NCBI GenBank assembly: GCA_937889645.1
Contig: CALBZE010000023.1
Coordinates: 7,159-71,158 of the forward strand
DNA: 64,000 nucleotides
Source of the DNA: an uncultured bacterium
GTDB lineage: Bacteria; Gemmatimonadota; Gemmatimonadetes; Longimicrobiales; RSA9
Direction of reading: 5' to 3'
The position numbers and the translations under genes were made by a program. Below, one piece after another: positions 1 through 8,283 of this stretch (its first letter is position 1; each line of letters begins with the position of its first letter). The notes under the pieces were generated by a model. It made no database searches, was not told the origin of the DNA, and was given only the letters and a program-made list of their open reading frames with translations.

Positions 1-1
1 C

Positions 2-466
2 GAGGCGTTGCTCGCGCTCGGATCTCCTTCCGCGATGGACGCGGCCGCGGTCGTGAACGGGTTCGTGTACGGCCTCCTCGGCGCGGAGCCGGACGGCGTG
101 AAGGGGCGGCTCCACCTGCGGCCGCAGCTCCCGGCATCATGGGACCGGCTCGAGGCTCGTCGTATCCGCATGGGTGACGCCGCGATCGCCCTGACCTGCA
201 CGCGCGACGGCGACCGGCATACGTTCCGGCTCGAGCAGGAGGAGGGCGCGGTGCCGGTCACCGTCGTCTTCGAGCCGCTGCTCCCGGCGCGCCGGCTCGT
301 GGCCGCCCGGGTCGACGGCGTGGACGCGGAACTGGACCCCCGCCCCCACGGCGAGCGGATGCTGGTCCCCGTGCAGATCGTGCTGGACGCGGAGCGCGTC
401 GTCGAACTCGACGTCGCCCAGGACGCGGCGCCGCCGCCGGCGGGGCTGCGGGTGTGGAAGACCTAG
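2..466 (+). CDS. 3' end of a gene cut by the window edge; C-terminal tail of a larger enzyme (possibly glycoside-hydrolase-like, family not assignable)
   Basis: The frame of ORF-track 8..466 stays open back to position 2. Residue composition is balanced, unlike the overlapping Arg/Pro-rich frames. TAG stop at 464-466. Confidence 0.6.
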   Translation, partial: EALLALGSPSAMDAAAVVNGFVYGLLGAEPDGVKGRLHLRPQLPASWDRLEARRIRMGDAAIALTCTRDGDRHTFRLEQEEGAVPVTVVFEPLLPARRLVAARVDGVDAELDPRPHGERMLVPVQIVLDAERVVELDVAQDAAPPPAGLRVWKT

Positions 467-615
467 AGGTATCTCGAATTCGGGCGCGCAAGCTGCTTCC
501 GACATTCGAGTTCGGCGAGCTGGACGAGACCTGGGTCGTGCAGTATCGGCTCGAAACGACGGAGCCCCGGGCCGAATGACCCGGGGCTCCGCAACATCGA
601 TTCTATGCAACGCGA

Positions 616-807
616 TCAGCTCGTGGTCAGCCAGCCGCCGGCAGCGAGCAGCTCGCGCAGTTTCGCGGGACGATCGCCCAGCGCGGTGCGCACGAGAGAA
701 CGGGAGAGCGAGATCCGCTCCTCGTCGGAGAGTCTGTCCACCACCGCGATGGGCGCGCCGTAGCGCAGGAGCATCCGCTTCGCATCCCGAGCCACACTAT
801 CGTCCAT
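616..807 (-). CDS. small hypothetical protein (63 aa), helical, no recognisable family
   Basis: ATG at 807 with GGAGG about 5 nt upstream on the minus strand. Natural-looking composition (MDDSVARDAKRMLLRYGAPIAVVDRLSDEERISL...). Confidence 0.6.
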   Translation of the reverse strand: MDDSVARDAKRMLLRYGAPIAVVDRLSDEERISLSRSLVRTALGDRPAKLRELLAAGGWLTTS

Positions 808-875
808 CGAGACCTCCGTCGAAGGGGTTGTCCAAGCGTGGACAATTTATGTCGGGATGCGGCCCCAGGCAACGT

Positions 876-2084
876 TCATTCCCCCTTCAGGATGCGGTGG
901 AGACGGACGCGCTCGACGTCGAACTCGTCGCGGACGATGCCGAGCACGTAATCCTCGCCGATCTCGGTTGGGTCGAGCCCTCGAGGCATGACGACGGTGC
1001 CGAGCCAGCGGCCGTCGGGCTCGAAGACGTCCCACCGGTTTTCCTCCTCGCCGGTCGTGTAGTCCCTGACCCACAAACGGCCCGCCGCGTCCGCTTCGAG
1101 GTTCGCGTAGGCGGGGAGCGTCTCGGGGAACGTCGCCTCGGCGAACTGGCGCTCGATCGCGCGGCGCGCGTTGTCGTCCCGCGCGTTCTCGAGGTCGCGA
1201 CGACGGAGGTCGTCGATCATCGCGCTCGTCACCGGACGGTTGGGTCGCGTGCGGCGGATCAGTTGCGTTAGACCCCGGCCGGGGACGTAGACGCCGATCT
1301 CGTAGGAATCGTTCTCACCGGCGTAGATGCGGTCACTGGCAACGGCGATGTAGGAGGAGCGCCCGAAGGGCGCCGACCGGATCGAGAGCTGGCCGGTCTC
1401 CAGGTTGATCTGGATGTGGCGCTCGGTGCCGGGGAGCGACGCGATCGTGTCGGCGGCGGCGCTGCCCGGCGCGTGCAGCACCACGATCGTCGGGATCCGG
1501 ATCGCGCCGTTCGGCGGGTTCCCCAAGTTCACCGTCGCATGGGCGACGAGTGTGCCGTCCGACAGGCGCCCCACCGGTGATTGCGGCGCCGGCGTGATCC
1601 CCCGGACGAACGTACCTTCGGCGTCGAAGAGCGAGAGACGCGGGGGCGGCATCAGGCTCGACACGAGGACGGAATCGCCCGGCAGACGAATGATCCGCCC
1701 GATCATCCGGAACTCGCCCGGGCCGTCGCCTTCCCGGCCGACGGTGCGCAGGTGCCGTCCGTCGGGGGCGAAGTATCGCAGCTCGCTCGTGCCGCCGTTC
1801 GCGATCACGATCCGCCCGTCCGAGAGGCGGATCGCCCCGGCGACGCGATAGAGCTGGTACGCGGCCTCCCCCTCGAGCACGCCGATCTCGAGCTCCGGTT
1901 CGGCGATGACCCTCCACGCCTCGCCCGGATGCCAGGTCGGCGCCGCGTTCTCGACGATGGTGATTCCGGCGCTGTCGCGGACGACGGGCGCGGAACCCGC
2001 ATCGCCGGCGCCGCACGCGGCGACGACGGACGCGGCGAGGACCCACGTCGCGAGCGGTCGGAGCGGTTTGCGTCGGTGCTGCAT
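876..2084 (-). CDS. beta-propeller lipoprotein (6-bladed-propeller-like), 402 aa
   Basis: The internal ATG at 2084 of ORF 876..2333 gives MQHRRKPLRPLATWVLAASVVAAC (signal peptide plus lipobox). An AAGGAGG-type SD lies just upstream. The in-frame upstream extension is Arg/Pro-rich. Paralog of 2141..3394. Confidence 0.8.
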   Translation of the reverse strand: MQHRRKPLRPLATWVLAASVVAACGAGDAGSAPVVRDSAGITIVENAAPTWHPGEAWRVIAEPELEIGVLEGEAAYQLYRVAGAIRLSDGRIVIANGGTSELRYFAPDGRHLRTVGREGDGPGEFRMIGRIIRLPGDSVLVSSLMPPPRLSLFDAEGTFVRGITPAPQSPVGRLSDGTLVAHATVNLGNPPNGAIRIPTIVVLHAPGSAAADTIASLPGTERHIQINLETGQLSIRSAPFGRSSYIAVASDRIYAGENDSYEIGVYVPGRGLTQLIRRTRPNRPVTSAMIDDLRRRDLENARDDNARRAIERQFAEATFPETLPAYANLEADAAGRLWVRDYTTGEEENRWDVFEPDGRWLGTVVMPRGLDPTEIGEDYVLGIVRDEFDVERVRLHRILKGE

Positions 2085-2140
2085 AGGCCCTCCTTTGGCG
2101 ATTGCTGACGGCCGAGCCCGGACGCCGACGCCGGGCTGCC

Positions 2141-3394
2141 TCATCGGGTCCGGGCTTCCCCTTCTCTCGTAAGCCCGAAGAGCTGCACGTACTCGACGTC
2201 CAGCTCGTCCTTCCACACGCCGAGGATGTAGTCGGCGCCGATGTCGTGGACGTCGATGTCGGGGAGCGTGAGCGCGCCGAGCCACCGGCCTTCCGGGTCG
2301 AGGATGGTCCAGCGCCGCGGGCCGCGCTCCCACGAGGGACGCCAGTCCTGGAGCCAGATGTGGCCGCGCGCGTCCACCTTCAACTCGTCGTACGCCGGGA
2401 GCGCTTCCGGGCGCGGCATGGCGCCGTAGAAGGAGCGCCAGGTCGCCTCATCCGCACCCGGGATCGGGAATCGGCTCTGCCGTTCGACCGCATGCTCGAC
2501 CGCGGCCTCGAACAGTTCGTTCGTGACCCGCTCCGGCGGACGGGCGTAGCGGACGATCCGCTCCAGCCCGGCGTCGGCGGAGTAGACGAGCACCTCGGGG
2601 GCGCCCGGGTCGCCGACGTAGAGCCGACCGTCGTGAACGGCCGCGCGCGTCCAGCGGGCGAACGGGTAGGGGCCAGCGATCCTGGATCCCGCATAGATCT
2701 CGACGCCGAGGCCGCGCCCGAGCGTGTCCAACGGCTCACCCGCCGCGGAGTACATCAGGTTGGGGTGTGACATCCGGTAGACCGTCGGCTGCGGTCGCAA
2801 CTGGACGCTGAACCCTGACCCGGTGAGGACGTATCGGTCGCCGCTCAGGCGGCCGGACAAGGCATGCGAGAAGGGCGTGAGCGCGCCGCCGAACCGGGCC
2901 GTGTCCCGCGGCGGCTGAAAGGTCACGATCCCGGCGACGGAGCCTTCGGGCGCCAGGACCGTGAGCCGCAACAGCCGCGCGTCGTACACCAGCACCGTGT
3001 CCGCGCCGCCGCGGACCACGCCCGCGAGCGTCGAGAACTCACCAGGCCCCTCGCCCCGCCCGCCGACCGTCCGGACGTGGCGTCCGGCCCCATCGTAGTA
3101 GCGCAGATCCGAGCTCCCCAGGTTCGCGACGACGATGCGCCCGTCCGACAACCGCAGCGCCGCCGCCACGCGGTGGAGCTGATACGCGGCTTCGCCTTCG
3201 ACGGCCCCGATCGTCGCGATCGGCTCGGTCGATACAGTCCACGGCGAGGTGCGACCCCAGGCGGGCGCCGGGCTCTCGACGATCAGGACGCCCGAGCTGT
3301 CGCGGACCACGACGCCGTCGGCGGCGCGATCGCCGGCGCCGCAGGCGGCGAGCGAGAGGACAGCAGCGGGAGCGAACCGGCGTGCGATGCGCAT
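2141..3394 (-). CDS. beta-propeller lipoprotein, paralog of 876..2084 (417 aa)
   Basis: MRIARRFAPAAVLSLAAC lipobox. GAGGAGGAAG SD upstream of ATG 3394. Collinear similarity to the neighbouring gene, including the C-terminus (DELDVEYVQL versus DEFDVERVRL). Confidence 0.85.
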   Translation of the reverse strand: MRIARRFAPAAVLSLAACGAGDRAADGVVVRDSSGVLIVESPAPAWGRTSPWTVSTEPIATIGAVEGEAAYQLHRVAAALRLSDGRIVVANLGSSDLRYYDGAGRHVRTVGGRGEGPGEFSTLAGVVRGGADTVLVYDARLLRLTVLAPEGSVAGIVTFQPPRDTARFGGALTPFSHALSGRLSGDRYVLTGSGFSVQLRPQPTVYRMSHPNLMYSAAGEPLDTLGRGLGVEIYAGSRIAGPYPFARWTRAAVHDGRLYVGDPGAPEVLVYSADAGLERIVRYARPPERVTNELFEAAVEHAVERQSRFPIPGADEATWRSFYGAMPRPEALPAYDELKVDARGHIWLQDWRPSWERGPRRWTILDPEGRWLGALTLPDIDVHDIGADYILGVWKDELDVEYVQLFGLTREGEARTR

Positions 3395-3585
3395 GGCGTC
3401 TTCCTCCTCGGTCGGATCCCGAATTCGGGCGCTGCGGGGCGCCGGTGCCGCGCGCGTCTGGTGCCCCGCCCGCGTCGCCGTCGCCGCGAAATACTAAAAC
3501 ATTAGTAGTAAGGACGCAACGGCGGCACACGGCCCGGGGGTTGCAAGATCGCACGATATCTCGGGAGCGAGAGCGGGAGAAGGGA

Positions 3586-4689
3586 ATGCGGAAGGAGATC
3601 AGGCGGGGCCGGCGGCGCGCGCGTCGGCGGCTGGGCCGTCGGCAGTTCAGGATCGGGACGTGGTGGGTGGTGGGTTGGGCGGCGGTGCTGCTGGTGGCGG
3701 GGGTGACGGCGTTCCTGGAGAAGCGCAAGGAGTGGGAGGACATCAGCCGGCTGGTGGCGTACGCGCGGGAACGCGGGCAGGACCCGCTGGCGCTGATCGA
3801 GGCGGCGGGTCGTGCGAACCGGATCTTGTTCCTGGGTGACGTGCACGGGTCCGCGGCGCCGAAGCAGTGGGCGGCGGAGGCGATCGAGGTGCTGGCGCGG
3901 GGCCCGGGGCTGGACGCGGTGGTGCTGGAGGTGGGCGCGGACCAGCAGCCGTACATCGATGCGTACCTCGCGAGCGAGCCGGAGAATGCGACGATCCTGT
4001 TCGCGCATCCGCGGACGCTGAACCAGGCGCGAGGCGACGACCGTGCGTTTCTCGAGATCTACCGGCGGGTCTGGAAGCTGAACGAGGAGCTGGGCGCGGG
4101 CCGGCGGATCCGGATCGTGGCGGCGGATCTGCCGGGGTGGCCGCCGGAGGGCCGGTTGCCGCCGGCGGTGGCGGCGGCGCGGTACGCTGCGCGGGACGCG
4201 CACATGGAGGAGGTGATCGAGCGGGAGGTGCTGTCGGGTCGGCCCAAGGCGCGGGTCCTGATCTTCATGGGCGGCTACCATGCGCTGAAGCACGGCACGG
4301 CGACGCTGTCCGTCGCGGGCGCCTCGCCGGTGGAGGTGACGTGGCTCGGGGCGCGGCTGCGGGAACGGCATCCGGGCGAGGTGTTCTCGATCCTGCCGGA
4401 CGCGCCGCGGGGGAAGTCGTTCCGAGCGGACGCCGTCTCGTACGCGGCGACCCGGGCGTTCGACCTGCTGCAGCGGAACCTGGGCGGCGCGCCGTCGCCG
4501 TTCGGGCTGCGGGTGGACGAGCGGTTCGACTTCCTGGAGTCGCCGATCGTGGAGTCGGACCTGCCCGGGCTGAAGCTGTCGCTCGCGCCGAAAGGGTACA
4601 AGCTGCGGGAGATGGTCGACGGATATCTGTTCCTGGGCGGGGGCGGCAGGGGTAGTGGGCGGATGTCGACGACGGGCGGCACGCGGTAG
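3586..4689 (+). CDS. membrane-anchored protein, possibly ChaN/TIKI/erythromycin-esterase-superfamily-like (weak)
   Basis: The internal ATG at 3586 (MRKEIRRGRRRARRRLGRRQFRIGTWWVVGWAAVLLVAGVTAFL) gives a basic N-terminus plus one TM helix. The ILFLGDVHGS...VVLEVG...FMGGYHALKH pattern is the only basis for the family guess. Confidence 0.6.
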   Translation: MRKEIRRGRRRARRRLGRRQFRIGTWWVVGWAAVLLVAGVTAFLEKRKEWEDISRLVAYARERGQDPLALIEAAGRANRILFLGDVHGSAAPKQWAAEAIEVLARGPGLDAVVLEVGADQQPYIDAYLASEPENATILFAHPRTLNQARGDDRAFLEIYRRVWKLNEELGAGRRIRIVAADLPGWPPEGRLPPAVAAARYAARDAHMEEVIEREVLSGRPKARVLIFMGGYHALKHGTATLSVAGASPVEVTWLGARLRERHPGEVFSILPDAPRGKSFRADAVSYAATRAFDLLQRNLGGAPSPFGLRVDERFDFLESPIVESDLPGLKLSLAPKGYKLREMVDGYLFLGGGGRGSGRMSTTGGTR

Positions 4690-4749
4690 CGACGGCGGAG
4701 AGCGGCGCCCATCTGCCGCTCCCGGCCGCCCTATATCACGACGCCGCGG

Positions 4750-5553
4750 TCACCGCACGAGCAACGTTATGGCGGTGAGGGTGCCGAAGCCGATGAGCAG
4801 GCGCTTCAGGGTGAACTTGCCGCCGGTGACCGGGCGGGTCCAGACGAGCGCGACGCCACCGCACCCGGCCTGATACGCGTACTGTGGCGGGATCTCGGCC
4901 GCGCTCCGGTAGATCTCGACGCCCTCGACCTCTTTGGTGGTGGTGATGATGTCGAGATCTTCGGGTGCCACGGGGAGCCCGTCGACGAGGATCGTCATCG
5001 GGCACATGGAGCGACGGGGCACGGTGGCGAGGATGTGGCGCACCGACGCGTATCGCCGGACATCCTCGTGGAAGAAGATGCGCCCGACCCCGCGCTTGGC
5101 GTTCAGGTCGGCACGGCTGTAGAACTCGTCGAGCCGCGCATTTCCGTACCATCGCCGTTCGACGACGGTGAGGGGCTCGAGCATGATCGCCTCGGCGCTC
5201 ATGCGGATCTCGACGGTGACTCTCTGCGATTTGTCGACATCGACGACGGGCGTGGAGACGGCGACGTAGCCGATGTGCCGGACGGCGAGCGTGTACCGGC
5301 CGGCGTCGGGCGCCGAGACCGCGAAGAGCCCCAGCGTGTCGCTCAGCGTGGCGTTCACCTCCTTGCCGTTCTTGTCGAGGAGGACGACCTCGGCGTACGC
5401 AATGGGCGCGTTGCTGGTGGCATCCAGGACGGTGCCGGTCACGACCTGCGCGGCGGCGGGCGCGGCCGCGAGGAGCAGGGCGATGAGCGCGGAAAGCGCC
5501 GGGATTGTCGGAAGCGCGGGAAGGATTCGGGCGCGCACGGACGGGCGGCGCAT
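4750..5553 (-). CDS. CarboxypepD_reg-like domain + TonB-receptor plug-like domain protein lacking a barrel; C-terminal hydrophobic helix (267 aa)
   Basis: ATG at 5553 inside ORF 4750..7386. Signal peptide ...LLLAAAPAAAQ, then VVTGTVLDATSNAPIAYAEVVLLD...GRYTLAVRHIGY, then LEPLTVVER...ILVDGLPV...VEGVEIYRSAAEIPPQYA...VALVWTR. Ends in LLIGFGTLTAITLLVR. Confidence 0.8.
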   Translation of the reverse strand: MRRPSVRARILPALPTIPALSALIALLLAAAPAAAQVVTGTVLDATSNAPIAYAEVVLLDKNGKEVNATLSDTLGLFAVSAPDAGRYTLAVRHIGYVAVSTPVVDVDKSQRVTVEIRMSAEAIMLEPLTVVERRWYGNARLDEFYSRADLNAKRGVGRIFFHEDVRRYASVRHILATVPRRSMCPMTILVDGLPVAPEDLDIITTTKEVEGVEIYRSAAEIPPQYAYQAGCGGVALVWTRPVTGGKFTLKRLLIGFGTLTAITLLVR

Positions 5554-5720
5554 CGACGGCTGGATCACGTGGTCCTGATCGAGCGGTGAACGGGAGCGGC
5601 GTCGTGCCGCGGGAGTGCGCCCGGTGGAGATGGGCGCCAGGCTGCTGCGCGGGTACATGGTCCTTATAGCTCCGGCTGTGGGGATGTGCAAGGGCCGGAC
5701 CTCCGGGCCCGCTGAGCTCG

Positions 5721-7271
5721 TCAAGGCGCGGGGCGTAGCAGCAGCTCCGCGGTGAAGAGGCGACCGTCGCGTGTGCGTCCCCGCTCGAGCCAGGGGGCGA
5801 ATCCGAATCGCGTCGCCTCGATCTCGATCTCCGTATCCGTCGGAATCGCACAGACGGTGAAAAGGCCGGCCAATGTGGTCCGGACTTCGGTCTCCCGGAC
5901 TCGCCGACCGTCGGACCAGCGGACGACGACGCGGGCGTTCGGCAACGGGTTGCCGTCGACGTCGCCGACGAAGCCGACCGCGTCGACCGTGTCGTCTCTC
6001 TTCCGGTGCACGCCGCACCCCTGGGCCGCGAGCGCGGCGGGCGATTCGATGGTGAAGATCGACGACGTCGGCTCCGGCGACGTCGTCGTCCCGTCGGGCT
6101 CGTCGTCGCGGCCCATCTCCGCGGCCAGCGCGCTGTCGGCCCAGATCACCTCGCCCGCTTCGTCGAGGGCGAAGACGACGTGCGCGCCGTCCTCCACGAC
6201 GAGGTCGCCGTTCCCACGGCGCTGGGACCGGAGGCGGACCGGCATGCGCAGCGTCCAGTCGCGGATGATCCAGAGGCCGGAGGGCAAGTAGGCGAACCGC
6301 AGCGACCCCCTGGCCGACGGGATCGGCGAGCTCCGCCAGGGGATGATGTATCGGAAGTCCAGCGAATGGAGCACGAGGCGGTCGCGGTCGAGCCAGAGGA
6401 CGCCGGCGATCCTGGCGGTATCGTCGTCGCCTACGGGCTCGAAGGCCAGGCCGATCAGGCCGGGAGCGGGCGGATCCGCGGTAGTCACGTGGAAGCAGTG
6501 GGAGGCGAGGAAGGCGTCTTCGAGGAAGATGTCGGGACCCGGTACCAATAGCTGGACCGTGCCGTCGGTGTATCGGATAGCGAACCCCTCGCGGAGGAGC
6601 CGGTCGGGCGGCGCGAACTCCCACGGCGCGCCCATCCTCCGCCAGAGCCAATCGGCGCGGTAAGAGATCGTCGGCTCGAGCGTTCGCCTGTCGAGTTGTC
6701 GCGATGTTCGCGCGATGCGGTAGTCGACCTTCCGGGTCTCGGTGGCCCAGGCGGCGACGCGGAGCGCGGTGCGCGCGGCGTCCCAGAGCGAGTACTCGAG
6801 CGGGCGGCCGGCGCCGGCGGCGTCGCAGCGATTCTCGACCCGGGCGGCGATCTCGGGGAGCTCGATCGGACGGATGGCGAGGGAGACGTCGTGGGCGATC
6901 GTCTGGCCACGCTCGAGGGTGACCGGCTCGGACTCGTACGGCGCGTAGCCCAGGAACTCGATGTGGATGCGGTAGCGGCCCGGTGCGGCGACCGTGATCA
7001 GGTACCGGCCATCGCCTCCGGTCAGCGCGGCCGTCGCGCGGCCGCCGTCCTCGGGGACGAGGCGGACGAACGCGCCGACGATCGCGTCGCCCGAGCCCTC
7101 GGCCGCGACGCGGCCCACGACCTGCTGGGCGAGCGCGCGCGGCGCGCCCCAGAGCGCGGTGACGAGCGTGAGCCCGGCGACGAATGCGGGGTGAGGGATG
7201 GATGGATCTCTCTGGATCCGTCCGGCTCGGGCTACACCGGACGACGGGGGTCGTGCCGCCATCCGCAGCAT
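5721..7271 (-). CDS. secreted protein with N- and C-terminal CarboxypepD_reg-like domains (516 aa)
   Basis: ATG at 7271 (alternative 7262) inside ORF 5721..8048. Signal ...LVTALWGAPRALAQ. N-terminal VVGRVAAEGSGDAIVGAFVRLVPEDGG...GRYRIHIEFLGY and C-terminal GFVGDVDGNPLPNARVVVRW... beta-sandwich-type motifs. Confidence 0.8.
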   Translation of the reverse strand: MLRMAARPPSSGVARAGRIQRDPSIPHPAFVAGLTLVTALWGAPRALAQQVVGRVAAEGSGDAIVGAFVRLVPEDGGRATAALTGGDGRYLITVAAPGRYRIHIEFLGYAPYESEPVTLERGQTIAHDVSLAIRPIELPEIAARVENRCDAAGAGRPLEYSLWDAARTALRVAAWATETRKVDYRIARTSRQLDRRTLEPTISYRADWLWRRMGAPWEFAPPDRLLREGFAIRYTDGTVQLLVPGPDIFLEDAFLASHCFHVTTADPPAPGLIGLAFEPVGDDDTARIAGVLWLDRDRLVLHSLDFRYIIPWRSSPIPSARGSLRFAYLPSGLWIIRDWTLRMPVRLRSQRRGNGDLVVEDGAHVVFALDEAGEVIWADSALAAEMGRDDEPDGTTTSPEPTSSIFTIESPAALAAQGCGVHRKRDDTVDAVGFVGDVDGNPLPNARVVVRWSDGRRVRETEVRTTLAGLFTVCAIPTDTEIEIEATRFGFAPWLERGRTRDGRLFTAELLLRPAP

Positions 7272-7442
7272 TTCGACGTCCTCCGATCGGATCGGTCGTA
7301 TCGAATGAACGCGCGAGCGAGCGCGAACATGGACACCGGCCTCGCGGTTCCCGCCGTCGGGTGCCGGTCCGGCCTTCTTCTTGCACGCGCGCCGGGCACG
7401 TTCCAGGGTGGACGAACCACGAACTCGTGACGGGCCCGGGCG

Positions 7443-8054
7443 ATGTCGAAGGCGAAGCGAACGGTCATGAAGATCCGGACGAAGGTGAGGGACGCGGCCC
7501 AGCTCGACGGCGTGGATGCCGATGCGGCCGACCGGTCGGGCTTCTCCCCGCTGCACTGGATGGCGGCCGGGCTGTTCCTGGCGACGGGAGCGGAGGCGGT
7601 GGCGAGCCGACGGTTCGCGTCCGAGGTGGACGGGCCACGTCGATCGGGTTGGAAGGTACTGGGGCTGGCGCCGCTCGTTGCGGCGCCACTCGCGGGCGCG
7701 GCGCACGCGCTCGAGGCGGCGCGGCCGGGGCGGCGCGCGGGTCGCGCCGCACGGGTGCTGGATGGGGTGGTCGTGGGGGTGGCGGCGGCCGCGGCCGCGG
7801 CAGGGGTGTACGGCGCGCTGACGGCGCGGCGCGACCCGCGCTGGTACCGGCGGGGGCGCGGCCGGAGGAACGCGGTGTTGGATGCGGTCGCGCCGCTGGC
7901 GGTGGGCGCGACGGGCGTGCTCGGGCTGGTGCTCGAGCGCGAGGCCCGTGAGGAAGCGGAGCGGCGACGTCGCCTGGAGCAGCGAGCGAGGTTGCTCGAC
8001 CGGCTGATTCCGCGCCGGCGCGCGAAGATCGACCGGATCGTGGTGCACGTCTGA
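7443..8054 (+). CDS. integral membrane protein, unknown function (203 aa)
   Basis: ATG at 7443. G/C-dominated third codon positions on manual reading. Several hydrophobic segments (HWMAAGLFLATGAEAV, VLGLAPLVAAPLAGAA, VVVGVAAAAAAAGVYGAL, AVAPLAVGATGVLGLVL). Confidence 0.7.
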   Translation: MSKAKRTVMKIRTKVRDAAQLDGVDADAADRSGFSPLHWMAAGLFLATGAEAVASRRFASEVDGPRRSGWKVLGLAPLVAAPLAGAAHALEAARPGRRAGRAARVLDGVVVGVAAAAAAAGVYGALTARRDPRWYRRGRGRRNAVLDAVAPLAVGATGVLGLVLEREAREEAERRRRLEQRARLLDRLIPRRRAKIDRIVVHV

Positions 8055-8061
8055 TGCGGGC

Positions 8062-8283
8062 GTGAGCGTGCCGACCGTGCTCCTCTTCGTGACCGGGATG
8101 GACGGTGCCGAGGACGAGGCGCGCGTGCAGGATCTCCTGCGCGCGGAGCCGGGCGTTCTCGGCGCCGTCGCCAGTCACCGGGACGGGTGCGCGGAGGTCG
8201 AGATCGACGACGATCGGGTCACCTACCGACGACTGATCGAGCTCATCGAGGCGGCGGGCTATCGGGCCGAGCTGGGCGGTTGA
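8062..8283 (+). CDS. HMA (heavy-metal-associated)-fold-like small protein lacking the CxxC metal site (73 aa)
   Basis: GTG start 8 nt after the upstream stop. TVLLFVTGMDGAEDEARVQDLL...GVLGAVASHRDGCAEVEIDDD...LIELIEAAGYRAEL matches the HMA pattern, with GMxCxxC replaced by GMDGAED. Confidence 0.6.
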   Translation: MSVPTVLLFVTGMDGAEDEARVQDLLRAEPGVLGAVASHRDGCAEVEIDDDRVTYRRLIELIEAAGYRAELGG

